From: Phallusia mammillata
Taxonomy: Eukaryota
Assembly: GCA_965637545.1 (NCBI GenBank)
Contig: OZ281500.1
Coordinates: forward strand, 11,966,001 to 12,030,000
DNA length: 64,000 nt
Reading direction: 5' to 3'
Positions 13,201 through 27,932 of the stretch are shown in pieces. The position numbers and the translations under genes were made by a program. A model generated the notes under the pieces. It was given only the letters and a program-made list of their open reading frames with translations, searched no databases and was not told where the DNA came from. Numbering within the stretch: position 1 is the first letter of the stretch; every line of letters begins with the position of its first letter.

Positions 13201-16200
13201 CTGTGTGCAACTTCGAAACAAATGCATGTTTACTTGTTTAAGTGGAGCAAGCAGGCCGTATTTTATTACACGCCTATAGTGTTGGATAGACACTTTTCAG
13301 AGAACCAAATCTATCTGTATAGATTTAAAGCCAATCGTATTCGACCACAGACCTCCTGCGACACCCTTCCCGTCGCTATGGACGCAGGCGAACAAGGAGA
13401 TAGCACACCAGAGGCATGAGAAACAAATGCGGTTTGAGCATTCATTCTGCCAATGGTCGTAGGTGTCAAGTTTCATAGAGCATGTGGCAAATATTTACCG
13501 CATCTGGCATACGTGGAGCAAGACTTAAGAACCATGGACGTCAGGGATGTGGGCGACCACCGCGCTTGCTCGCCGAGCATCATTTGTAATTGCGCTGGGC
13601 ATGACCGACTTGCCCTGAACATCGAGGTAATGTGATTAACTTCACAGCCATGACCGCTCCGACCGGACGTGAGCACATTTTTCCTTTCCCGGTCGAATGC
13701 GTACACGTTCGCAAGCGAAACGTCAACACCCTTTTTTCGGAGGCGATTGCTTGGATGCAGCCCACCACACAAGAGGGAAAATAGACAAAAACGTTGCACA
13801 GTGTACTACGGTACTTTCTAACGCTAGAATTTCCTAACGGCCTATCGTATGTCAGGAGTGGGGAAATTAAAGTAGCGGACGGAATTCCCAATCTGGACAC
13901 GAGAATAAAGCTAATACTTAGCGACCAGAACTGAAATTTACAAACACGTAGAAGTGTTTTTGTTTTGTTAGGAAGCGTGAAGTCGGCAAAGGCGCAAAAC
14001 CTTCAAGAAGTCGCGGATTTCAGAGATTTGCTTGCAAATGCATCTGGCGAGTTTTTTGTCATCATGCGAGCAGCACGGCAGCACGGCTGCGAATTTACCG
14101 CGAAATGAGGATATCCCGTAATACGAGCCATCTACGCCTCACGTACGCGCAACAAAACGAGAACCAAAATAGCAACGTCGAACACGACTTTTCCATCAAA
14201 GCATGCACCGCTCGCAATGCAGTCCTCAAAGAGACGGAAAGTTAATAATTAAACATAAAATGCAAACTAGTTAAAGTAAAATTACCTTCATAACTACATA
14301 AAAAAGTTGGCTGGTCCCTAAAGATGCGGGAAGCCCGCATTAACATTTGTGATTTTACGCACCTGTGCAGCAAAGGTGGATAAAAGTGTTGGCGTGTTTT
14401 CGCGTTTGACTCAATACTTCAGGGTGACTGATGCCGAGCTGGTTCAGGATTTGATCCACGAAGTCGACAGGCGTTACAGCGAGCAGATCCCATTTCAGTT
14501 TCATCAGCAATAGGAGTTCAAATTCCTGCAACGAAAATGCGGATCACTCAAAAAAATCGCTTACACTTTTGTATTTTATCCTTGGTTATGCTACAAGAAT
14601 CCCTATTTTATAATCATTCATACAAGCGCTTCAGTTGAAAGACAGGCAAATTACTATATTGTAGGTATGCACCACTTGTTTTGTGTCAGCAAATCAGCCA
14701 AAGGGTGGATAAGGTTCAGAAATAGCGCGTAGCGTTTTGCGGTGCAGTGGCGATGTATATGGAAGTCCACATCCGACGTTGGATCTGCATCGGATTTCAG
14801 AATGCAACAATAATTTTGCGAACCGCTTCTCTGGGAAGTGCAGAAACGCCCAAGCTGGTGCAAGAATCGACTGCTTCGTGTAAAACTATGTCGCTTAAAT
14901 TCGCAATGCGATTTATAGTTTTTTTTTTTTTTTTAAATATTGTTTGTTTTTGTGTTTCGTTTTCTATTGTTAGACAAAATGTTTTATCGATAACTACAAC
15001 AGTTAGTTTTTAGGACTGTGTAGCGATTTTTGGTACTTTGCCAAGAGTGTCCGGTTTGACCGCTGCACAAACATTGAGCTCATCAGCAGACGTATCAGTA
15101 ACTTGTGTAGTTAAAAGGTCGGCGAGCTGTCGAGGGAAACCAAGCAAGTTCATCGCCTGCATTCGCCGAGTTCCGCAAATGCCTGTGACTCGCACGCAGG
15201 GGCCAACCCATTTTCTCAGCTTACTTGCTCTATTGTGGTGGAGGGGTTAATGTAGCCCCAATGCATGGCAAGGGCCCACTTGGGTTTCAGTTCGCACCGT
15301 CTAACCTACAGCGTCGACACCGTTGCGTCATCGCTTTGGGCTGTGAGAGCGAGACGAACTCTGTCACTCATTGGTACGTAATCCGCTTATCGGAATCTGC
15401 AGTAGGTTCCATTGCCCGTTGCAGGTTAATCAGTCAATAAACATTACGCCCATTACGCGAAACCGAAGTTTGCCGGGTTTACCAGAGACTGGAGAACTGA
15501 ATTTATTACAATCACGGGTGACATGTGACGTTTTGTTGGACAAGCCACGAAGCGAAGCAGACCTAATGACCGCCACACAGTCTCGAGCACCCGTTGGGGG
15601 CTTTAATACTATCGATCAGTAATGTAACATCAAAGACATACACAACGGCCGGTGATGACACACAGTAGCATATTCTCGACAGAGCGACGCCACTGCAGTC
15701 ATCACGTGATCAACTACGCAGGAAAAGGGGCCATGACGCTCTAAATGAACAAAGCGCAACAGGCGTCACCAGGCGCTTCTTTACGAAATTAAATCGCAAC
15801 CCAAATTAAATAATCAAATTATAAAATACACGGACAAATCCGGTGAGTCCACACTTAATAACATGTGCATAAGAATCGGCAACAAAAGGTGCAACTCAAA
15901 CCTCAATACGTATCCGGATCTACAGGGACATCGATTTGCCTAATTTAGCCAGCACCAAATTGACGATTAACAACTGGTTGAACGCCTACTGCTCTACCGA
16001 TGTCGGGATGGTTAAAAAACAATAACAAAGGCATTTTTGCAGCGGTCATGTGGTGTCAAGTGGTAATAAGCCGTTTTAATCCAATGACCGCGCATAACTT
16101 GGGCGGTGATCGATCCTGACTCGCAACAAGCCGAAGCGGAGCTTTGGTGTGCAAAGGTGACGCGAAACTGGCAGGTCTCGGACGCAAACGTGCAGTGAAG

Positions 16201-18443
16201 ATGCGACTTAACGTGTGTCACATTTCTCCCCTCGAGGGGCGACCACATGCGTCATAAACAGCGGCAGATGGCAGTCAGGAAATTTCAATGACGGCGGCTT
16301 TTTTCACTTGTTGCCGAACACCAACGATGGCGGGTGGGCGATAGAAAGTTTACAAAGGTTGCAGCAAAAGCAAAGCGGCATCTGCCAGACGGGCGAAAGC
16401 TGAGAAGGGCAAACAAGTCGGACGGACGATAAAAGTTTGCTGATAAAAACTTTCGGCGGCGTTATAAAGGTGGTAATTTCGGCGCACAAGCACGTCTAAT
16501 CTGGGTTCCGCATAATGCTGCAGCGCGATTTCGTCGGAAGCGGCCGCAAACCACTTGTCCTGCCAACGCTATTCGGTAAAAACCTGCCATGTCTGATTTT
16601 GCCACAAACAGCGCAAGTAATGACCACCTGATTCCACCCAGAGAATATAAGACAGACAAACTTAAAATTGACATGCAGATCTCTGTCACGAGTGGAAGAT
16701 AAGGCTTGTTTTTGGGTCGGGCTAATAATTGGTTAGGGATTAGTATCGCCATGACACTTTCGTTCATTGTGACACCAACAATGCGGACCCCACATACTTG
16801 TGGGAACCGACTCTATGCGATTAGGAATGTCGCCACCACGATTGAAAAATATCCAGCCGTGACACATATAAAAGCTGCACTGTGCGAGCCTTTCAAAACG
16901 TGTTCACAAGCTATTTCAGACGGTGACGTCACTGCATAAAGTGCTGTAGGAATGTGACCCGCCGATCGGTTGAACCGAGGCAACAGTGCAACCCGCTCTT
17001 ATGGCGTGTAAAGCCGCAGCTTCGGTTGGCCCAATTTCGCAAGGAATCTTCCGGTTACGTCGTGGGAGAGACCACGAAAATGGCGAACTCGTGCCCCCAA
17101 GATAGGATGTGAATTGTTTGTTGTCGCTTTGTATCATTACAAAATCAAATTCTGCAAAACGCAATGCTTTCTTACCAGGAGTTCTTCTTGGCGCACGGAG
17201 TTATCGGTATATATGACTAACTTTTCGGTGGTCAGTGGAAGTGTCTCCTTCACCTTTATAATAAACATAATCGTGTCACAATCTCTACGTTCGTAAATCT
17301 CTAAACAACGACAGCATACCTTTGAAGCAACAAGCATACATGTAGAACCGAGCGATTGCAGTTCAGTCCGTCTGATTGGCTGCACACTCAAGAAACGGTC
17401 GAGGTAGTTCATGGAAAGTGGAAATACGTCCTCCTCGCAACGCTGTTCTTCACAAACCTGGAAAAACCAAACCGGTTAAAAGTTGCTACAAACAAAACAA
17501 ACGTCCGGGCCGATGTAGCTGAAGTATATATCACAGTCATCCCGCGATCGCCAGCCTGTGGTGCAGCGCCACCATGTGGCCGTGACCGAACACGTGGCTC
17601 GGCGACGTGCCGTCTGCACAACACCACCATCACCGGTGTCTTTCGGTCGTATGTTCACTGCCAAGGTATTTCGCTCTACGAAAAGTTTAACAAGAAAATG
17701 TACTTTCCATGTCAAGCAATAAAAGATTTCTCCTAGAAGTTGATTGTTTAACATTCGAGTCTATATATTTCTCACGCCGCCCAACAAAAAACAAAACGGT
17801 TTTTCAAATTCCAATAACCGCACTTGAAAATAGGGTCAAAGTGGAACACCAAAAACAAATCCTGCCCACACCTATTTTGAGCTAGCAACGCGCATAATAC
17901 TGTCTTTTGACTCACAATAGACATCAATAGACAAAAAGGAATGCAGTTTGCAGTGCTTTTGAAAGCATATTTTTATTGCCTTTTGGAAAATTAATGCTAT
18001 GCGCCCAAACCACATTTAAGGTCGTCACCCTTGTGGAATGTTAATGACATTTTTGTGAATCAAACTGCGCAGTTCGCTTGCCGCAGGCCGGAAGCTTAGG
18101 GTAGTTACTTATTAACTGGAGCATACGATTGATGGTGGTTACCAAACGATTCGGTTTAGAAGCGCTTGTGCCAAAACCGACTTTTTGACCCACTTAAACA
18201 TCTTGTAATTCTCGGCAAGCATGAAGTACAAGGACCTACCTGCATCATCCATGTTGCAACGATTTTTCTCATGTAGGGTTTAACATCTGCTTGTACGCAG
18301 TCAAAGTACGTCGTCGACACCAAATAATTTTCTTCAAGCTTCAGTAGATTCTGTAAAACTCGCCGATCCTTCAGCAAAGTGGGGTCTTGTTTGGCTCGTA
18401 ACACACGCTCGCCTACACAAATCTCAGGGCAAGCAAGACTCAT
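1240..18443 (-). CDS. CCND: G1/S-specific cyclin D, ~319 aa, 6 coding exons: 18240-18443, 17320-17457, 17176-17253, 14363-14525, 10701-10846, 1240-1470
   Basis: Spliced translation gives an N-terminal Rb-binding LxCxE (MSLACPE), the cyclin box ([11 protein letters not shown]|[23 protein letters not shown]...KWDLLAVTP), [15 protein letters not shown], and the C-terminal cyclin D phosphodegron STPTDV. All junctions are GT-AG with consistent phases; total 960 nt. Confidence 0.96.
4833..6135 (-). promoter_or_regulatory. Cluster of three perfect Su(H)/RBPJ sites (CGTGGGAA) in the last intron of cyclin D
   Basis: TTCCCACG at 4833-4840, 5639-5646 and 6128-6135. Confidence 0.45.
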
Positions 18444-21400
18444 TGCGACACTGTTCTGTACAAGTTCCACTGGACAATTGGTGCCCCTCTGGCTGGAACT
18501 AAAAACGGTCGAGGAAACTCGCTAATCGACTAATTCCCGGGAAATGAAACCAATCTGGCGAAGGGATGAAAAATTAGGACAACTTTACAGCAGCCATCAC
18601 TCCCAATCGCCTAGAACACGCGCTGGAAGACAAGACAGAAGTTTCCACCTTCCTATCCTTCAGCAGGATTTTTTTGGACGTTTGAGAAAAAGCTACTATG
18701 ACATCATAATCACCACAGGAGGCCTGTCAAGTACAATCCAGTAACGCCGATAAATCAGAAATTATAATGATTGCTTTTATTCAATTTATCGGCAGTCACC
18801 TGTGTAAAGCAAGGTTATTATGATTAAGACAGAATTTTCATGCGTGGTTCCAAAAGACGTACTAAAACAGCAAATTTACGATAGCATGGTGAAATTGTTG
18901 GCGAATACTTTAAACCTGTGATCTCAACAGCAACAAGTCTAGCCTAAGCCAAAGTAGTAATTATGGGCGAAAACAAACGGGTAAACTGACATTTTTCGTT
19001 GCAATTTAGTCACCAAAAGTTTACAGCAGTCCACCTGTCTGGTGTTTTATGCACATCCATATTCATTATGCGCCAAAAAATACTAGCGCTCAGTTGAACT
19101 ACAAGGGTGATATTGGCTTCGAGATTTTCATGAACTGATATGTCAAACATGCTAATTCACCTAAACAGTAAATGGTGCAGCTGGTTTTAGTCGGATGTAG
19201 ATAATGGCAAGAAAATTATGTCACTTCATAATAAATTAATGCACGTCGTATTCCAGGCGACATATTTCGCAATATTGCGCACCTGCTTATCGGGTAGCAA
19301 ATGCATTAACTCATATTTGGTTATTTAGTATTTCAATCTACGTGTTTTTGTTTGAGTCGGCGTAAACTACATTTCAAAGAAACTGACCTAGTTGACAAGT
19401 TATTAACTGCAGCAACAACAATACAGAAAAACCACTTCACCTATCTTGTTCTTTTGAAAGACCCGTGTTTCTTAGAACAACAATCGATGAAGAATGTGGG
19501 GCAAGCCCTCTGGGCAGAAGTCGTTTAGTATTGTCTTTCACAGCCTATGTAGGTGCTAATTATGCTACTCCATTTTAGCAAATCTTGTCAAATGACCCTG
19601 CTGCGTAATCAATGTCAAATCCCCGGCGATAAAAGTACATAATTATACTAGCTTACAAGCAAAATGTCCTTCGGGCACTGGTCCACTTCTTAGGTGCGCT
19701 ACGCGTTTCCCGACCGCACTGGAAACCAATGTTATTTTTTTCGGTAGCTATCCATTTTCCGCATTATAAGACTGAATCTATGCAAAAATCGTGTAGCCCT
19801 CGCCTAACTAACCACGTTTCATAAGTTACGGGCAAGCCTCTTGGCGAACTTCAGTGCGTTTGTACGTCATTGCCACTAAACTCGCAAAAGTTTTCTTTGC
19901 AGCTCAAACCTCTTTTCTCTTCATTCCGCTCTCCGACTGTCTACCAACAAAAAGACAAAATACCGGTGCTCATGCTTGGCTGAGATCAGCTGATCGACCT
20001 TTTTCTTTTTTTCTCTCTCCCCCTCTCTCCCACCGGGGCGCCGCCGCTCTCCACACTTTTTCTCACTCTCAACGAATTTGCAGACACGTTTTCGTTGTAG
20101 GTCGTTCACGCAAGTCCGACTAAAATCAAGACACGAGCTATAACCCTATCATCGCATAGACATGTCAGCCCTGTTTTTTGAAAATAAAGTACCAGTAAAC
20201 ATGTTTATAACACAGAGTTCGTCCACGATAGAACAAAGCAAGCTATATCGCACGATGTTTCGTTTCTATTTCGAGTATGTGCCGACGTTAATTAGTAGAT
20301 GATGTCTTTTCAACTGAGATAAGGTCGGGAGACGTGTTTAAACTACATGTTGAAATATACCTATCCGCCTGCTAAGTTAAATATAAAACGCATTGCTGCG
20401 GGCATTGGGCGACACAGTGGCGCTGCACCATTTTTAGTGGCGACAGCATAACGCATGCTGATTTCGTGTCCTGAATTGCGCAACATTGTTTTGTTCTTAT
20501 TAAATAGGACAAAAACGTGTGCTAGCCATTGCGTGTTTATTTATTTTTTTAAATCTCTGCCAAAGGCCACGTGCAGCTCTTTTTGTTGTTGCGCGCTCTT
20601 TAATCGCTCTTTCAAGAAAGTACCGGGCAATGGCTGCTGTTCCGAAATCCAACAAGCCAATTATTGAAAAGCGTCCGGACAATCGGTAGCGAATACACCT
20701 TAATTACGTCACATGCTCCCAAATATAAAGTTGCACGCGTTCCGAAGCCCGACTCCTTATTGTGTGGAAGTCCAAACATACGCATTATTCTTACTCCTGT
20801 TAAAGCTGTTGCATAACCAACATGGATTGTATTTTGTCGTGTTAAAGATTACGACATTACTCAAATTATCTCACCGTGCAGAAATGAGAAAGACTATGTT
20901 GTGCACTGGCTTATTGGCTATCGTTTCGCGTTTGGCTGACAAAACGGATATGCCCTGGTCGTTTCGGGTCTCCACTGCGCCGCACGCCCCGAGTTTGGAC
21001 GCTGCTTGTCATTCGTTCCCAACGGCCTCCCAAAAAGGTCATGAACAGATTTGTGAATGAATTTTCGTGAGAAGTGCACTGAATAGCGTGTTGCCCCGGC
21101 AAACGAATTTTGTGAATGAACGCGACGTTTGCGTGCGAGCAAGGTTTCCTCATTAGCGACAGCGGGCTTCCTTATTCCACATGCTAAACTATGTCGGCGA
21201 AGTTTCTCCCCTCTGTGAACTTTGAGGCAAACGTTTGACACAAAACTGTCTTTGATGTGCCAAACTGTATGTTAGTGCCAATTACTTCCAGAACAACTAT
21301 CAAGGCAATTACCACTGACAGTGGAACATCTGTGTGTTGCGTATTTGCGGCAATCATTTGAGGCTTGAAATTTGTGAATGAAAACATGGACAATCGTATT

Positions 21401-22830
21401 TAGGCTACATTGGTGCAAGCAAGCCAGGAAATGAATAGAATTGGCGGAGGGAAGGATGAACTTCTGAATTGCCGCACGTCATATTTATTTTGGTACAACC
21501 AAATGCCTTCTGAAGCTATTCATATAACGACTGTTGGACACTAGATGGAACTAGGTGCTCGACAAAAATTAACACCAATTTTATACTTTTATACGCGATA
21601 AAGGCTACATCTGATTGCATAAAACATGCAAATAACCAACCCCCAAAATAAAAAGTATTCATTAGGAAAACATAATCGTTGGTATGAATGTTTTCTAAAG
21701 CACTACAATTTACATGTTTTTAGGCAAAGCAGAAAAATATAGAGCTTTGAAAACAAGCAGATAACCTACGAGTCGCTACGACATATTTTACCAAAGGGTG
21801 AAAAAACGCTGCACCTACATAAGTTTTATTTATGGCAAGTATGTTTTTCTTAACACCTAAAACAGCAGCAATAACTTACATTGCATTTGCACAAAACAAA
21901 AGTTCTTTTCTTTTAAAGTTGTAAAATTCATTTCTATGAGCGCCTAAAAGTTAGAAACGCAATCAAGCATAGCCTTCCATTTTGGTTCTTTATCTAACCA
22001 GTGCGTTGGAGTATAAAAAAATTTAATAAGGTATAAATTAATAAGGTAATAAAATTAAAAAAACTATGATTACAAACATATAATCTCTTATTTTTTTACT
22101 CTTTAATGGAGTACTATTGGTACATTTTAAGTGTTTTAAATAGTTGCTTAGGTTGCTACTTAGCGTAATATTCTTTCTACGGATTAAAAAAATCATGCAG
22201 CAATGTCTGTATCATTCTTATTGGCAAGAAACAGCAGATTTGTAATTTTGTTCAACTACAGACGTATTTTTAGAACAAATTGTGGGTTAAACGGTTTAAT
22301 GCCGACGCTAAACGGTAATACAATTTCTTCGACACAATAAATCTAAGCTACTTCAAGCTGGAGATTGTAACTTAATCTATTGTAAATTCAAAAGTGAATT
22401 AAACGGCAATTAGTCCAGTTCGCAAAGGGGCATATATTCAACAAGACAATTACAGCAGGAAAGACTATACTATATACAACTTTTTACGTTTGACATAAAA
22501 CATAACACATCACACATGGTGACATCTGACATGTTCACTTATGAAAGATGTTATTTTGTTTCTAGATAATGATTTTTAACAAGTGTCATGTCTCAGGTTC
22601 ATAATTGACTTGTCTACCATGGTTGTAATTGGAATGGAGTACTGTATGTTTTTACATTGAAGTTTCAAAAATGTTTTACTAAATCAAGATGAAATGTTTT
22701 ATTAAATCATCATAATGTTTTGTTCTCAAACAACTGTTTTAGGAAAATGAAAACCATCCTTTGTTAAGAAAATTGGAGGTCTGAAAATAGAATTAACAAA
22801 AGGTTCAAAAACCTCTGAAAATAAAACAAT

Positions 22831-24421
<1,591 letters not shown>

Positions 24422-24576
24422 AGCAAATATTGATTGCATGCTGCTAGTTAAGACTTACTTTGAATGAAGGATCTTTGGACCAATCTGATGAAAGATCTAT
24501 GATCAAAGATTGTTAGATGCTAAAATGTCCCAGAAGTTCATTGTCGGCAACCTTTGTGCATTTTGTTGCGCCATTT

Positions 24577-24582
24577 AATAAA
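24577..24582 (+). terminator. Putative polyadenylation signal of PSMA1
   Basis: AATAAA ~155 nt after the PSMA1 stop codon. Confidence 0.55.
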
Positions 24583-24939
24583 TTCAACTGCTTAAAAATT
24601 TTCATATTTTATTACTGCAAAGCATACTGATAAATTTGGTATATGCAAGCTCCATTGCAGAGTGTGCAGGAAAATTTGAACAAAAGTCTTGCTAGTTATG
24701 CTGTTTGAAAAAGTATTTGTCATTTTATTTCAGCTCTAACACAAGGAAGTGCTTCTTGCAAAAACACATTATAATGCAGATCCGAATGTAATCTCTGAAC
24801 TGATGTACATTATATTTTTCTGTACATGCCTTCTCTATAACAGGTTGAAACAAAGGTTTGGCAAATAATATTTAGGAGAAGCAGTTGCGGAAAGTTTGTG
24901 GGCTCCATCACAAATTAATTTTGGGACTAATGACACAAC

Positions 24940-24945
24940 TTTATT
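24940..24945 (-). terminator. Putative polyadenylation signal of ATP6V1C
   Basis: TTTATT on the + strand (AATAAA on -) ~270 nt past the stop codon; a second candidate lies near 24724. Confidence 0.4.
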
Positions 24946-25217
24946 GAGCAAAAGCACATTTTCCTTCAAACTTTTACACAAAACTGTCACCTAACATAAC
25001 GAAAGGCATATTATGGTATAATCAAGAAAAAGTCGATCAAGTACACAATTTTGTTTTTGTCAAATAAAACAGAAAAAAATCTGTGCAGAAGTCAGTTTTA
25101 ATTGTGGCAAACAGAGCTTATAGAACAATCATTCACCAAGACATATAGCTGTGTAGAAAGTTTTTCACAAACATGTAAGACATACAAATATTGCACAAGT
25201 GGTTTTATAGTAGCTTC

Positions 25218-27099
25218 TCATAAAGAGCGAGTGTCGAAGTCCAGGACAACTTTGTAAAACACATACGGATAATACTCTTGCATTCCAAGTGAAAGTCCTG
25301 GGAGAGCTTCCTCCTGCAAAATTCAATAACTTTTTTTAAATACCTGTTAATAATAAAGCTTAAGTAAATACAACTAAATTCTTACATCAACAGCACTTAA
25401 ACCAGTGCTGTCAAGATCCCCATAAAGGCTGTTGAGTGTTTCTCGCAACCTTTTACGTTGTTTCTTCTGAGGTTCCAAAACTGCAGCTTGAAAGTTGACA
25501 GGAAGGCCATATCTAATGAGTGATAAACACTCAGTTATCAGGACGAACCACCCAACACTGGAGTGTTGCAATATGTCAGACATGTTGTGCATGACAAACT
25601 CAAAATATTACCATACAACTTGTTCATTACTGAATTTGTTTTGTTTGGCCCAACACAAAAACTGTACCAAACAATTTTTTATATTATTTTTATTTTCTAC
25701 ATATCATGAAAAATCTAAAATAAATGTTTGTTTATAGTTAAAACCTTTCATACCTGAGCACCGATTCTACAAACACCCTTAGAGCTTTCACATGCATCCA
25801 AGCCACAAAAGCTTCACTAAAATTCACTTTCAGCCATCGAAGCAGGGGGCCCTAAAATTACAAGCAATTTAGCAAAATTTAAAGTAAAATCACAACGATT
25901 TTGTTACCAGCATTTTCTTTTTATCAGAAGCAAGTTTGTTAAGTTGATCCTTGTCGCTATGCATGTCCTGTTCGCTGTATTGGAAATCACGAACAAAAAA
26001 CCTGCCAGCATGTAATACATACATGTATATTTGATCGCAGAGGGTATTGTGACACCACTGGTGATTTCATACATACTTGTTTCTGCCGCAGTTATATTTG
26101 AACTCTTCAAATACTTTTCTAAAAATTGTAACAGCAAACAGCCCATACTCCTCATCTTGGTAAAGTAGTCTAAACATGAAAAGTTGAAAGTAGCACTTCT
26201 TTAAAACAGTAAACAGATTAGGTCTTCGGTCTCACCTTGATGATCTTGGTGCTACAAATTCGGTAAGAGTTTCATAGTGTTTGTCCCATTCATCAAATTG
26301 TGCCACTGGTACAGCTACCAGTATAGTCTGCAAATACTCAGAATCCAAGATAAAATCATCTTTCTTTACAATTTGTCTTAGATTTCTCAACAGTAAACTT
26401 CCGCTGAAAACGAAGATATTAAAGATATTTAACAGAAGAAAATTTAATTTTGATAGTGAATTGGTTAAATGTTCCTACGTTGCCTTTCTTTCCATATTCT
26501 GCAAATTTGATTTAAGATTATTGTAGGCTTGGGACTTGGTTCTTAGATCAGCATCAACTTGATTGACCACTTTCGAGATAATTTCAGCAAGGCTCTTCAG
26601 AGATTGTTTTACAGGGTATTTGGCCATGTTCCATTGAAAGTGGTGCATGTAGTTCGGCAATGTCACTAAATAAAATATTTATGGACCAAGGTTAACACAG
26701 TCAAACAAACAAAAAGGTAAATTTTTTACAACTTACTATCTCCAGCTTTCAAGTTGCTTGACAGTTTGTCTTTTTGATCCTCCAAAACATCTCCCATATA
26801 GGTTGAAACTTTCCGACAAACACTATTTATAAACAAAGGTAAAATTCATTTTTTTAATACATATGGGATAAAAAAAAACACGGCACATACCCTTCAGCAA
26901 AAATGTCCAATTTACTCAAATCATCAGTAAGACCAATAAGCGAGTCAAGAGTTCCAACTCTTAATTCAGGAATGTGAAACTTGTAGTTATGGGAGAGATT
27001 ATTGCCACCACCTTGTCCAATAGTGGCTTTGTGCAATCTTTCATAGGTTTGCTGAGGTGTTTTGTCACCTGGGGCACTAATAATCCAATATTCTGCCAT
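25218..27099 (-). CDS. ATP6V1C: V-type proton ATPase subunit C, ~385 aa, exons 26891-27099, 26737-26822, 26479-26665, 26236-26403, 26077-26169, 25908-26001, 25754-25851, 25386-25512, 25218-25313
   Basis: [79 protein letters not shown] and [14 protein letters not shown] junctions; total 1158 nt. Confidence 0.97.
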
Positions 27100-27932
27100 T
27101 TTAAACTGTTATATCAGGATCTGTATAATCAATATTACAGCATAAAAAGTTTAACAACCCTGTCCCTAAGTAACAAAAACATTAAAGTGAAATGTTGGAA
27201 GTTAGAACCACAAGCAAAAAGTCAAACTCAAACCTGGCAAATATAACTGATTATAATTAGTACGCCAAAAATATCAGCAGAATACTGTAATAAACCACAA
27301 ACATTGCAGAGATATGTTTTACTCTTTGACGATTGATTATGTTTTACAAACTTTTCAGTTGACAATTACTTTTCTTTTTCTGGTAAAGTAAAGTTTGATT
27401 GTCAAGACCACTGATTTTGCTAAACTTTGTAAACAAGCATGTAAAACCTAATTCCGGACCAACAGGACACATTATCGGACTGCCAAGGCAGTAAATGCAC
27501 ATACCTGTCGACCAAGCAATTTCGTATCAGTCAATGTTTTTACAATCACGAGTCGTTTATTATGACAAGTTGTTATGATCAAAAGTAACAAAAAAGAAAA
27601 CACATCGAAATACTGGCAAAATAATAACATAAATTTTGAAAGAAAATGCTGCGCATTGGATAAAATGCAAACCTTGTGATTGAGGTCAAGTGTCAATTTG
27701 TGTCATGGTTCATTAATCAATGTGTTTGTTCAATTTAATAAAAAAATAATGTGTGTAAAATAACCCGTTTGTGAAAAACAAATTTTCAAAATTCATTTTA
27801 AAGGGTTGTGCGATAATTGGTAGCGCTCACAATTGATCAGACTAAAAAAAGTTATGTTCATTTTGTAAAATTAAACTTTTCGTGTGCAATCATCCGGAAA
27901 CACAATCCGAAACAAGATCGGAAAATGTAAAC
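27100..27932. promoter_or_regulatory. Probable bidirectional promoter / 5' UTR region shared by ATP6V1C and DEAF1
   Basis: The two start codons diverge ~830 bp apart. A minus-strand donor (CAG|GTATGT near 27504) suggests a non-coding first exon of ATP6V1C. Confidence 0.5.

Noticed and set aside
15010-15195. ORF containing [21 protein letters not shown], superficially like the cyclin D C-terminal fold
   Set aside because: It lies out of order in intron 3, and the true exon was found at 10701-10846.
18030-18052. TGGAATGT resembling the miR-1/206 5' end
   Set aside because: The remainder does not match and there is no convincing precursor hairpin.
954-19927. Frequent GGAATG/CATTCC (TEAD-like) hexamers across cyclin D
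   Set aside because: A short motif with only modest apparent excess; it cannot be distinguished from background without computation.
482-21393. Numerous 60-170 aa ORFs in the cyclin D introns and flanks
   Set aside because: No recognisable domains, many non-ATG starts and overlap on both strands; expected by chance in GC-richer non-coding DNA.
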